A DNA stretch of 64,000 nucleotides, from IMG/VR virus record IMGVR_UViG_3300029705_000015; one strand, 5' to 3'. Position 1 is the first letter of the stretch. Each line of letters begins with the position of its first letter. This document shows, in pieces, positions 29,810 to 39,351 of this stretch. The notes under the pieces are model-generated. The model was not told the DNA's origin. It made no database searches and saw only the letters and a list, made by a program, of their open reading frames with translations. The position numbers and the translations under genes were made by a program. This stretch comes from a virus. Its lineage: Duplodnaviria > Heunggongvirae > Uroviricota > Caudoviricetes.

Positions 29810-31864
29810 ATGGTAGCAAATAATAACTTGGACTTATCAGCTCTTGATTCATTATCACAAGAAGAGCGTGAATATGCTCTTAAAGTCCTTGAAGAATACT
29901 CACAAGGATCAGCTCAATTATTTGATGAATTGAAGTATGCTGATTATAAAGAGATTCCTGTTGATATTGTAACATTTATCAAAGATAATAGATACCTTGG
30001 AAGGGCCTGGCACTTGTCTGATGGTAAGTGTAAATTGTTTCCGTTCTGGGAAAGGAAATTACAAGAGCTCTTTCCAGATAATATTAGTACTGATTACAAC
30101 ACATTCATTGAGTCAGGTGCTCGTGGTTTAGGCAAATCAGAAATCGCAGTTGCAATTTCTTTGTACCTGATGCATCGATTGATGTGTTTGAAAGATCCTT
30201 ATCTAACTCTAAACTTAAAACCTACTGAACAAGTTGCATTTGCATTCATGAACATTACTCAGGATCTAGCGCTTGATATCGGTATGGTTAAATTTCAGAA
30301 CACTGTTCAATGCTCTCCGTGGTTTATGGATAGGGGAACAATGTCTGGACTGAAAGTTAAGAAGTGGAATCCACCTCCATTTATAAATATAATAATCGGT
30401 TCTCAATCGAGCGATGTTATTGGTCAAGCTGTATACTATGCATTCTTTGATGAAATTTCTTTCATACGAAATCAAGATGTTGAAATTCAGAAAAGAAAAG
30501 CACTTGATATGATTGATACCGCCATTGGTGGTATGATGACACGTTTTACAAACAAGGGTAAGAATCCAACACTGCTTGTTCTAGCTTCTTCGAAAAGATC
30601 AGAGAAGTCGTTCATGGAAGAGCATATCAAAAAGAAGTCAAAAACTGACAACATGAATACATTGATTGTGGACGAGCCTGTATGGAATGTTCGACCACCA
30701 AGTGAGTACTCAGGTAAACGATTCTATGTTGCTCAAGGTAACAGGTTTCTTAACTCTGAAGTACTTCCATTAGACATTGAAGAAGATGATCTGTCTGTTT
30801 GGAGAAACAAAGGATATAGAATTCTTGATGTTCCGATTGAGTATTACTCAAAATTCTTGGAGGAAATCGACAGAGCACTTTGTGACTACGCGGGAGTGTC
30901 TTCAAGCGATTTACTAACTTATATTAGTGGCTCTCGTCTTGCAGAAACAAAGACAGACAGTTATCAGAATGCATTCACGAAAGATATTATTGAATGCGGT
31001 AACGCTCCTGATGATCATACTCAATACTACAATTATTTTGATCTTGCAAGAATTCCAGCCAAGATGAAGTCAAAGCCCTTGTATATACATCTTGATATGT
31101 CAGTGTCAGGAGACAAAACTGGTATAGCTGGAACTTGGATAGCAGATAAACGTCCCGCTGCAGATGGCGAGCCTAAATCAAAAGAACTTCACTATCAACT
31201 GGCTTTTTCTGTTTCAGTAAAAGCGCCGAAAGGTTATCAAGTTTCTTTTGAAAAGAATAGACAGTTTATCTACTGGTTAAAAGAACAAGGATTTGTTATT
31301 CGTGGCGTGTCTAGTGATACTTATCAAAGTGCGGATCTTAAACAACAGTTGATTTCAAAAGGATATGATTTTGAAACAATCTCAGTTGATAGAGTGTCTC
31401 CAACAAGTAAGGTTTGTGAGCCTTATCAATATCTAAAAAATACAATCTATGAAAAACGAATCGTAATGTACGAATCAGCGCTGTTAACAGAAGAGTTACT
31501 TGGCCTTGAAAAGAACAGTAGTAACGGTCGCATTGATCATAGTCCTTTGGGCATCAACAGTAAGGACGCTGCTGACGCAGTTTGCGGTTCAGTTTGGAAT
31601 GCGTCTCGTAACGCTGATGAGTTTGATTACGATTACGGTGAAAATATAGAAACAATGACTGCTGTAAGCGGGGGAGAGAGTTACGACAGCGCTGTTCATC
31701 AGTTAGCTGTTGACTTTGAAGCTGAAATGCAGAAACTGTTGGATCCTGTAAAACCAACAGTTACAAAACAAGAAACACAAGAAAATGTTCACACTGATTT
31801 TGGACTCGGAATAGCGCAGCCTGTTTATAGTCCTCTTGTATCAGACGGAATCATTATTTGGTGA
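29810..31864 (+). CDS. terL: Terminase large subunit
   Basis: Walker A GARGLGKS, Walker B FFDE, nuclease HLDMS..DH..SKDAADA. Confidence 0.93.
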   Translation: MVANNNLDLSALDSLSQEEREYALKVLEEYSQGSAQLFDELKYADYKEIPVDIVTFIKDNRYLGRAWHLSDGKCKLFPFWERKLQELFPDNISTDYNTFIESGARGLGKSEIAVAISLYLMHRLMCLKDPYLTLNLKPTEQVAFAFMNITQDLALDIGMVKFQNTVQCSPWFMDRGTMSGLKVKKWNPPPFINIIIGSQSSDVIGQAVYYAFFDEISFIRNQDVEIQKRKALDMIDTAIGGMMTRFTNKGKNPTLLVLASSKRSEKSFMEEHIKKKSKTDNMNTLIVDEPVWNVRPPSEYSGKRFYVAQGNRFLNSEVLPLDIEEDDLSVWRNKGYRILDVPIEYYSKFLEEIDRALCDYAGVSSSDLLTYISGSRLAETKTDSYQNAFTKDIIECGNAPDDHTQYYNYFDLARIPAKMKSKPLYIHLDMSVSGDKTGIAGTWIADKRPAADGEPKSKELHYQLAFSVSVKAPKGYQVSFEKNRQFIYWLKEQGFVIRGVSSDTYQSADLKQQLISKGYDFETISVDRVSPTSKVCEPYQYLKNTIYEKRIVMYESALLTEELLGLEKNSSNGRIDHSPLGINSKDAADAVCGSVWNASRNADEFDYDYGENIETMTAVSGGESYDSAVHQLAVDFEAEMQKLLDPVKPTVTKQETQENVHTDFGLGIAQPVYSPLVSDGIIIW

Positions 31865-31873
31865 GGATGTTGA

Positions 31874-33715
31874 ATGGATAAAGATACAATTAGAAATAGT
31901 GCGTTTCCAGAACAGGATCCTGCGCTTTTTGATAAAAAAGTAAAACCTGTTCCAGTTCCACAGCATGAAATAGGTATTGACTTAGATAACAGAGTGCTTG
32001 ACAATGTTGTTGAAACAATGCAAACAAGTCAGTTCGATGTTAACTCGTTGAACTCTTTTACTCAAGTATCTAGAAGTAGAAACGAAATCTACGATACGTT
32101 AGATGATATGGGTGATGATTCAATCATTGCAGCTGTACTGGAAACTTATGCAGAAGATGCCACTGAAACAAATGATGCGGGCGCAATTGTTTGGGCGGAG
32201 TCAAGTGACAGTGAGGCTCTTAAATTTGTAACATATCTTTTGAACGCACTAAATGTTGACAAGAATGTTTACAAGTGGACTTACAGTTTATGTAAGTATG
32301 GAGATGTTTATCTCCGACTGTATAGAGAGTCAGAATATGACGATCTACTGTTCGACAAGCCAAAAGCTAAACAGAATCTGAATGAAGATGTTAAGATCAT
32401 GGCTTACAGTAAACATGATAATTATGTTCACTACTTAGAGCAGATGCCAAATCCTGCACAAGTGTTTGAGCTTACAAGATTTGGTAAAACTGCAGCATAT
32501 ATTAAAACCGATATTGAGTCAACAAGACAGAATAAAGATAGTTATTCAATGTCGTCTATCTTTAACAAATATTCCTTTAACAAGAATGATGTGGAACTAT
32601 ATCCTCCCACTGAATTTGTTCATGCTTGTTTAGAAGATAACAGCAGTAGAACTCCTGAAGAAGTGGAGTTGTTTGTAAGTGACGACAAGTCTATCAGTTA
32701 CAATGTAAAGAGAGGACAATCCTTACTTTATAGTACATATAAGATTTGGCGCCAACTTATGTTGTTGGAAAACTCAGTTCTATTGAACAGAGTTACACAA
32801 TCCTCCATTGTTCGTGTTATAGGCGTTGAAGTTGGGGATATGCCGAAGGAAAATGTACAACCTCACTTGATGAGCGTAAAGCAACTTATTGAGCAGAAAG
32901 CAGCTCTTGATGTTGGCAAGTCGATGGGGGAATATACAAACCCAGGCCCCGTGGCTAACAATGTTTACATCCCAACAAGAAATCAACAAGGTGTTATTAC
33001 AACACAACAGATTGGTGGAGATGTAAAGATTGGTGATCTTGCAGATTTGTCTTACTATCAAGATAAATTTTTCGGCAACCTTCGTGTCCCTAAACAATAT
33101 TTTGGTGTAACGGATGACAATGCAGGATTTAGCGGTGGACAATCACTATCAATTATTTCTTCTAGATACGCAAAAATGATCAAGCGCATTCAGAACACAA
33201 TCATTCAGATGTTAACTGATGCAATCAATTTGATACTGATTGACACAGGAAATGATGCATATATCAACAAGTTTACGCTCAAGATGCAAGCTCCTACAAC
33301 TCAGGAGGAAGTCGATCGTAGAGATAACTTGAGCAATAAAGTTGGACTTGTTAGAGACATCATGGATACATTGGCAGATGTTGAGAATACAACAACTAAA
33401 TTGAAGATCTTGAAATCCTTGCTCAGTAACACCATCTCTGATACGGATGTTATTCAGTTGATTCAAGAAGAAATTGAAGCACTAGAGGCTCTCGAAGACG
33501 AAAGTGATCCTGAGGATATTACAACGGATGAAGATGCTTTCGGTGATGAGCCGCTTGACTTCGGATCCGGCGGTTCCGATCTTGATATGTCGTTTGATAC
33601 CTCTTCAACTACAGACACGGAAGTGACTGATGATTCGGAAGATGATACATTGCCTACTCCTGATGAGCTTGATATTGGAGATGTATCAGATGCTACTAAT
33701 CCAAATCTGGATTAA
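31874..33715 (+). CDS. Portal protein (T4 gp20-like)
   Basis: Follows terL; YAEDAT, KYGD.Y, LLENS.L..R, VEVGDMP, LRVPKQY; acidic tail. Confidence 0.88.
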   Translation: MDKDTIRNSAFPEQDPALFDKKVKPVPVPQHEIGIDLDNRVLDNVVETMQTSQFDVNSLNSFTQVSRSRNEIYDTLDDMGDDSIIAAVLETYAEDATETNDAGAIVWAESSDSEALKFVTYLLNALNVDKNVYKWTYSLCKYGDVYLRLYRESEYDDLLFDKPKAKQNLNEDVKIMAYSKHDNYVHYLEQMPNPAQVFELTRFGKTAAYIKTDIESTRQNKDSYSMSSIFNKYSFNKNDVELYPPTEFVHACLEDNSSRTPEEVELFVSDDKSISYNVKRGQSLLYSTYKIWRQLMLLENSVLLNRVTQSSIVRVIGVEVGDMPKENVQPHLMSVKQLIEQKAALDVGKSMGEYTNPGPVANNVYIPTRNQQGVITTQQIGGDVKIGDLADLSYYQDKFFGNLRVPKQYFGVTDDNAGFSGGQSLSIISSRYAKMIKRIQNTIIQMLTDAINLILIDTGNDAYINKFTLKMQAPTTQEEVDRRDNLSNKVGLVRDIMDTLADVENTTTKLKILKSLLSNTISDTDVIQLIQEEIEALEALEDESDPEDITTDEDAFGDEPLDFGSGGSDLDMSFDTSSTTDTEVTDDSEDDTLPTPDELDIGDVSDATNPNLD

Positions 33716-33854
33716 AGATCTTCCTAAACTACAAGAGAAAATGAGGAGATTTTTGTTTTAACCTTCTCCTCTTATACAACTTATTATGTGCAGTTTGCGC
33801 CTTAGCGCAACTTGTTTAGCCAGTAATAACTGGGAAAGGAAATTGTATATAATT

Positions 33855-34319
33855 ATGATAACAAGAAGAGACTGTATTCTTTTACTTTCTGAACTATCTA
33901 GTCGTGGAATTGACACATCTGTGATGCTGCAGAAGGCAGTAAAAAGTTCAGAAGTCGATATTGCTGTTGTTAAATTCATCAACGATCATAGACCATTTGA
34001 TGCAAATTTGTTCTATGATAAACTTAGAAAAAGTTACAATCATAAAAGATCAAATCTTTACAAAAACATTGTCACTTGTGATGAAACAGACTGTTCTCAT
34101 TCAGTACTAACAACATTGGCAGCACTAAACTTACAGATACTTCTTTACATGAATAATGTTGAAGATACAAAGATGTTCATGTCGCATACAAGAATGGAAG
34201 AAATAAATCAAGTTCTACTGAACTATAGTAGAACATATGATCTGGTTCCATGTATCAAAGTTTTACAGATTATCAAAGCCGATCTGAAGGCATTTGAATA
34301 CATTAGTAAAAATATTTGA
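33855..34319 (+). CDS. Hypothetical protein between portal and protease
   Basis: Probable start MITRRD at 33855, just after TTGTATATAAT (33843); the upstream extension to 33786 lies in structured intergenic DNA. Confidence 0.6.
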   Translation: MITRRDCILLLSELSSRGIDTSVMLQKAVKSSEVDIAVVKFINDHRPFDANLFYDKLRKSYNHKRSNLYKNIVTCDETDCSHSVLTTLAALNLQILLYMNNVEDTKMFMSHTRMEEINQVLLNYSRTYDLVPCIKVLQIIKADLKAFEYISKNI

Positions 34320-34427
34320 TAACTGTATTCAAAATAAATTAAGTCAGATAATAAGCGCTAAATTGTATAACATTTTATCAAAAGAATTAGTATGCTTTGC
34401 TGTACTTAGGAACAGGTAGGTTGTATT

Positions 34428-35996
34428 ATGTTAGAACATTACAATGTGAATAACGAAATGCAGTACCAGAAACTGACTGCCGAAGAACAGCGTGAGCGTG
34501 GTATCCTTGGCAGACTTGTTGGTATAATTGCAGATTTCAAAAATGCTACCAGAAATGGTCGTAGATATACAGAAGAGCTTTGGGATAAAACTTTCAACAA
34601 TCCTTTGATTAGAGAAAAATTTGAAAACAGATGCTTGTTCGGTGAATTAGGTCATCCTGTTGACAGACAGGAAGTAGATATGGAAAAAGTTTGTATCTGC
34701 TTAGCCGAACCTCCCAAGAAAGGCAATGACGGAAAACTTTATGGTGTGTTTGATATTCTTGATACTCCTAACGGACGTATCTTGAAAACATTCTGTGATT
34801 ATGGTACACGAATTGGTGTGTCAAGTCGTGGCTCCGGTGACACATTTGAAGACTACGATGGTGGTGAAACTGTTGACGCTGACACATATGATTGTGAGTG
34901 CTGGGATGCAGTTCTTCTACCGGCTGTGAAAACTGCACGACTTGCAGTTGTTAATGAGTCACTAGATACAAATAAAGTTAATTTGAAGAAAGCTTTACAA
35001 GAAGCACTTGAAAGCTCAACTGAGGATGAAAAGAAAATCATGATGAAAACTCTGGATGATCTAAAAGTTGATTATACAGAAGAAAATACCAGTGCAGTTG
35101 AAGAATCAACTGCTACTGATAATATACCAAGTGAATCTGAAATTCAAGAAGGAACCGAAGTGGCAGCCGAAGATAACGGAGCCGATGAGTTAGTTCAAGA
35201 ATTACAAGAAGCACTTAAAGCACAGCAAGAACTTGAGCAGAAAGTAAAATCGTTACAAGAAAAGTTATCAGTTTGTTATACGAAGGAAGCTCGGTATAGT
35301 GCGGTTTTAGGACAAACAAAACAAGACCTTGCTGAAGCACAAGATGAAAACAGAAAGCTTGTGGAGCAGTTGGAAACAAAAGTTGCAGAAAATGCAACTG
35401 CACAAAATACAATTGCAGAACATCAAGCAACAATTAGCTCTTTGAAAGAGCGACTTGGAGTTGGTAGAGGTAAGAATCAACAGTTAACAGAAAGTTTAAC
35501 AGCAAGAGATTCTGAAATCAAGAAACTTCAAGGCACAATCAAGTCCTTACAAGAAGGCTTCGATAAGAAGCTTGCTGATAAGGAAACTGAATGTGAAAAA
35601 CTTACTGAAGCACTTGCTGAAAGTAAGAAAGACTCTCAGATTATTCGTAGTCAAGCTTCCGCAAAAATAGTTCGAGCACAAGAGTTAACTGAAAAGTACA
35701 AGACTATTGCTAAAACAGCAGTGGAAAGATATATCAGTTCTCAAGCTAGTCGTATCGGAGTGTCAGTTGATGACATCAAGAAACGACTGAACGAAAATTA
35801 TTCATTCAATGATATTGATCATGTTTGCGAAGATCTTCGGAAGTATAAGTTAACTGTTAATGCCCTTCCTTTCAATGTAGGTAAAGCCCCAGTTAAAATG
35901 ACTATCAAAGAATCAAGAGAAGTTATTAGTTCTGCTCACAATGATGACAGAATTGATGATGAAGTTGATACAACATTAAACAACTTCTTAGCATAA
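34428..35996 (+). CDS. Prohead protease (T4 gp21-like) fused to a coiled-coil scaffold
   Basis: NGRRY, GELGHP, LDTPNG, GVSSRGSG, WDAV; ~330-aa coiled coil follows. Confidence 0.9.
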   Translation: MLEHYNVNNEMQYQKLTAEEQRERGILGRLVGIIADFKNATRNGRRYTEELWDKTFNNPLIREKFENRCLFGELGHPVDRQEVDMEKVCICLAEPPKKGNDGKLYGVFDILDTPNGRILKTFCDYGTRIGVSSRGSGDTFEDYDGGETVDADTYDCECWDAVLLPAVKTARLAVVNESLDTNKVNLKKALQEALESSTEDEKKIMMKTLDDLKVDYTEENTSAVEESTATDNIPSESEIQEGTEVAAEDNGADELVQELQEALKAQQELEQKVKSLQEKLSVCYTKEARYSAVLGQTKQDLAEAQDENRKLVEQLETKVAENATAQNTIAEHQATISSLKERLGVGRGKNQQLTESLTARDSEIKKLQGTIKSLQEGFDKKLADKETECEKLTEALAESKKDSQIIRSQASAKIVRAQELTEKYKTIAKTAVERYISSQASRIGVSVDDIKKRLNENYSFNDIDHVCEDLRKYKLTVNALPFNVGKAPVKMTIKESREVISSAHNDDRIDDEVDTTLNNFLA

Positions 35997-36034
35997 AGTT
36001 AAAACAAAATATTATTTATAGTTGGAGATATATC

Positions 36035-37321
36035 ATGGCTACAAAAAGTCTTTTTGAAGCTTACAAGAATCGTCTAGCTGTTGCTAATACTGTGTATGGT
36101 AAAATGCACGGTGGTGAGGCAATGAGCCAGAATCGTAAGCTCGTTGTTGCAAAATGTCTCGAGAATACAAATAAGTTTATGAACGAGGCATTTGATCAGT
36201 CCGTTGGTACTCAGAGAAGTGACATGGGTATGTTCAAGAAATTTGCTTTGAACTTAACTACTGTTGCTCTGCCTAACTTGATTGCTCATGATCTTGTTAT
36301 TGTGCATCCTATGAGCTCTATGTCTGGTTACATCACCTACATTGAGTATCAGTATGCTTCTAACAAGGGCGCAACTGCTCAGGGTAATCTGATTAGCAAT
36401 CCTTTCGGCTTCGGTGATGTTGATACCGCATTTACTGGTGCTGCTGTTGTTGAAGACATCGTTACGGATGACGCTGGTAAGATCAAGTTCGCTTGGACTC
36501 CTGTTCTTCCTAAGAGTGTTCAGGTTGAGACCGCTGATGGTTGGGTAGCAGTTGAGGCTGCTGAGGATGGCACATTTGCTGCTCCTGAAGGCGCTACTCG
36601 TGTTAAGTACCTCTACAACAACATTGTTGTTCCTCAGAACGATCTGCCTATGATCAAGGCTGAGATGAAGTCCATCTCCTTGGTTGCTAAGGCACGTAGA
36701 ATTGCTGTTTACTACAGCCAGATTGCTGCTTACCAAGCAAAGACCGATTACGGTGTGGATCTGGGCGATCAGCTCGCTGAGAAGGCTGTTGGTGAGCTTT
36801 CCTACGAAATTGACACAGAAATCACAAACATGCTCGTTGAGAATGCTGCTGAAGATGCTGAGCTCGTTTGGAGCAAGACTCTTCCTGTTGGTGTTTCCAA
36901 AGCTGAGCACTACGAAGGTTTCGCAGAAATTCTTGAGATTGCTAAGCAGAAGATCTACGATGCAACCAAGAAGTTTGCTCCTAACTATGTGATCTGTGCT
37001 TCTAACTTGCTTCCTGTTCTCTCCGTTGTTAAGAGCTGGAATGCTGCTCCTGCAGGTCAGATCAATGGTCCTTACTTCGCTGGTACTATCAATGGTTTGA
37101 AAGTTTTCGTAACTCCTAACATTGAGGCTGGTAAGTTTGTTGTTGGTTGCAATGGCAACGATATGATGTCTTCTGCAGCTGTTTATGCACCTTACATGGC
37201 AATTGTTCCTACTCAGTTGCTCGGTTATGCTGATGGTGGTATGAGCCAAGGCTGGTCCACTCTGTATGATCTGAAGATGCTGAACAAGAACTTGCTTGTT
37301 GCAGGTCGTGTTACTGCTTAA
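36035..37321 (+). CDS. Major capsid protein (T4 gp23-like)
   Basis: VHPMSSMSG, VAKARR, LSYEID.EI, YAPY; strong codon bias; follows the protease. Confidence 0.9.
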   Translation: MATKSLFEAYKNRLAVANTVYGKMHGGEAMSQNRKLVVAKCLENTNKFMNEAFDQSVGTQRSDMGMFKKFALNLTTVALPNLIAHDLVIVHPMSSMSGYITYIEYQYASNKGATAQGNLISNPFGFGDVDTAFTGAAVVEDIVTDDAGKIKFAWTPVLPKSVQVETADGWVAVEAAEDGTFAAPEGATRVKYLYNNIVVPQNDLPMIKAEMKSISLVAKARRIAVYYSQIAAYQAKTDYGVDLGDQLAEKAVGELSYEIDTEITNMLVENAAEDAELVWSKTLPVGVSKAEHYEGFAEILEIAKQKIYDATKKFAPNYVICASNLLPVLSVVKSWNAAPAGQINGPYFAGTINGLKVFVTPNIEAGKFVVGCNGNDMMSSAAVYAPYMAIVPTQLLGYADGGMSQGWSTLYDLKMLNKNLLVAGRVTA

Positions 37322-37345
37322 TCAGTAAGATACAACAAGTTAAAC

Positions 37346-37382
37346 AATACGGAGGAGGAAATGAATCCTCCTCCGTATTTTT
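37346..37382 (+). terminator. Intrinsic terminator after the major capsid gene
   Basis: AATACGGAGGAGGA/TCCTCCTCCGTATT followed by Ts. Confidence 0.85.
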
Positions 37383-37541
37383 AGTATATGAGAACCAATC
37401 GTTGTAACTTAACTGTTATGTATTCTCATGTATATAATAATGAAGAAATCATGGCAGTTTGAGGATTGTTGTTATTTCTTACTACGATAATATATTAACA
37501 ATGTATAGTATTCAACTACTATATAGGAAAGTAGCAACACA

Positions 37542-38024
37542 ATGGAATTAACTGCACAAAATATCGGAATGGTCATTCTTGTGCTTGTTGTTATGATCCC
37601 TCAGATCATTAAAGGTGTGACATGGATCATCAATGTTTGTAAACAACATAAGAAAAATCAACAAGATGCATTTGAAGCGGGACAGGAAGCTCAAGCTGAA
37701 GACGATGCTGTTGAAGATCGTTTCGTGGCGGGTGAAGAAAAGATCGAAAATTTGATTGAAGAGGAAAACAAGATTCTACAGTCACTTGACTCAATCAAGC
37801 AGTGTCTTGAGTGGTTAAATGAATCAGATAACCTGAATATCAAATATGTCATAAAAAGATCTTGGGAACAATCAGTTCAACAAGGAAAACCTCTTGACCA
37901 CTATGAGTTTGAATTACTTGAACATCGATATGCAATTTACAGAATGCGTGGTGGTAACTCTTGGGCAGAAGGAATGATGAATGATATTCGCGATGCAAGA
38001 AAGCGTCATTTCAATCAAAATTGA
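37542..38024 (+). CDS. Membrane-anchored coiled-coil protein (holin/antiholin-like)
   Basis: N-terminal TM helix; Y...GGN motif; has its own TGTATATAAT at 37429. Confidence 0.5.
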   Translation: MELTAQNIGMVILVLVVMIPQIIKGVTWIINVCKQHKKNQQDAFEAGQEAQAEDDAVEDRFVAGEEKIENLIEEENKILQSLDSIKQCLEWLNESDNLNIKYVIKRSWEQSVQQGKPLDHYEFELLEHRYAIYRMRGGNSWAEGMMNDIRDARKRHFNQN

Positions 38025-38193
38025 TTTCAAGTTGAATTAAAAATTTTACATCTATATAATACGAACGAAGTGAGTATTATATTATTTGTAGTAAATATAA
38101 GTAAGTGACTTGTAGTCACTAATTGTATATAACAATATATAACTATAGAGTTGTATACATACTGAAAAACTAATTTTCTTAGGAGAATCTAAT

Positions 38194-38505
38194 ATGTTTG
38201 TATATCAGAATGCAGAACGCGATATCTGCGTTACATTCGAGAGCAACAAACCTGTTGCAAATCCTGAGTATGTTATCAGAATTGATCATGCTAAGGGAAC
38301 AATTAGTGTTAACGGTCAGGTTATGGCTGCTCGTGAAGATGCTCCTGCTGAGGATGTTACTGATAATGTAACAGAGCCTGAACAGGAACCTACCGATCCA
38401 GTTGAAGACGGTGAAGAGGAATCAGTAACTGATCCTGATACAACAGTTGATGGTGACGAGGGAGACGAAACTGACACCGGTGATGACGAGACCGAAACTG
38501 AGTAA
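38194..38505 (+). CDS. Small protein with a very acidic tail
   Basis: AGGAG SD; promoter-like motif at 38123. Confidence 0.6.
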   Translation: MFVYQNAERDICVTFESNKPVANPEYVIRIDHAKGTISVNGQVMAAREDAPAEDVTDNVTEPEQEPTDPVEDGEEESVTDPDTTVDGDEGDETDTGDDETETE

Positions 38506-38511
38506 TCCATG

Positions 38512-38558
38512 ATAATGAGCTTGTTGTTTCGTGTTATATGAATCGACAAGCTCATTAT
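38512..38558 (+). terminator. Hairpin, possible terminator or processing site
   Basis: ATAATGAGCTTGT/ACAAGCTCATTAT. Confidence 0.55.
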
Positions 38559-38576
38559 TACTTGTGAGGTGAGTTA

Positions 38577-39299
38577 TTGATGGATATGCAAGCTATCAAA
38601 GAAGAAATCCAGTTAAAACTCACTGGTGATGTTCTTGATATGGAATTGTCTGATGCTTCTCTAACAAAAATTGTTAATTCAAGTTTAAGAGAGATTCAGA
38701 GATATATAGATACTGTTGTAATCGAAACAATTCCTTTTTCAAAATGCATTGATATGACTCAATGTAAACATAAGGTTAGTGCTGTTATCGGAGTTCGACG
38801 TGCAGAAGGATACATGGTTGAGCAGGATTCAACTGGTCAAGCTGTTATGGATCCAATGTACGCAAGCCAATGGCAGATTTTGTCTGGATTAGGAAATGTT
38901 AGAAACCTAACAGACTATGCGTATAACTACGCATCATGGAATACAATTCTACAAATCAAGAATACAACATCAACTGATCTTGCATTTAATTATGACAAGA
39001 TGAGTGAGAAGTTGTATGTCAATGTTGCATCTAACTTACCAGAAACGATAACTGTTATCTATGTTCCTCGTTTTGATGATGTTTCACAGATAACATCGGA
39101 TTTTTGGATTGATGTACTTATTCGACATGCAGTAGCTCAAACAAAGGTTGTTGTTGGTCGTGTTAGAACTAAATTCAAACAGTCTAATGCCTTGTGGGTT
39201 TTGGACGGAGACACATTGTTGCAAGAAGGTACTACTGAGCTTACTGCACTTCGTGAAGAGCTTAAAGCAAGTACACAACTTGTTTACGGTATTGATTAA
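38577..39299 (+). CDS. Neck/head-tail adaptor (T4 gp13-like)
   Basis: LG-like N-terminal helix, GRVR.KF..LDGDTL.QEG..E; position after the capsid gene. Confidence 0.7.
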   Translation: MMDMQAIKEEIQLKLTGDVLDMELSDASLTKIVNSSLREIQRYIDTVVIETIPFSKCIDMTQCKHKVSAVIGVRRAEGYMVEQDSTGQAVMDPMYASQWQILSGLGNVRNLTDYAYNYASWNTILQIKNTTSTDLAFNYDKMSEKLYVNVASNLPETITVIYVPRFDDVSQITSDFWIDVLIRHAVAQTKVVVGRVRTKFKQSNALWVLDGDTLLQEGTTELTALREELKASTQLVYGID

Positions 39300-39351
39300 G
39301 ATAACTTACAACTGATAATTTACAAAGAATACTGAGGAAGGTAATTAAACA

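Noticed and set aside
33786-33854. Longer N-terminus for the gene after the portal
   Set aside because: No SD; it spans hairpins and the promoter-like motif
36254-37249. 331-aa antisense ORF
   Set aside because: Mirror-frame shadow of the strongly codon-biased capsid gene; no protein motifs
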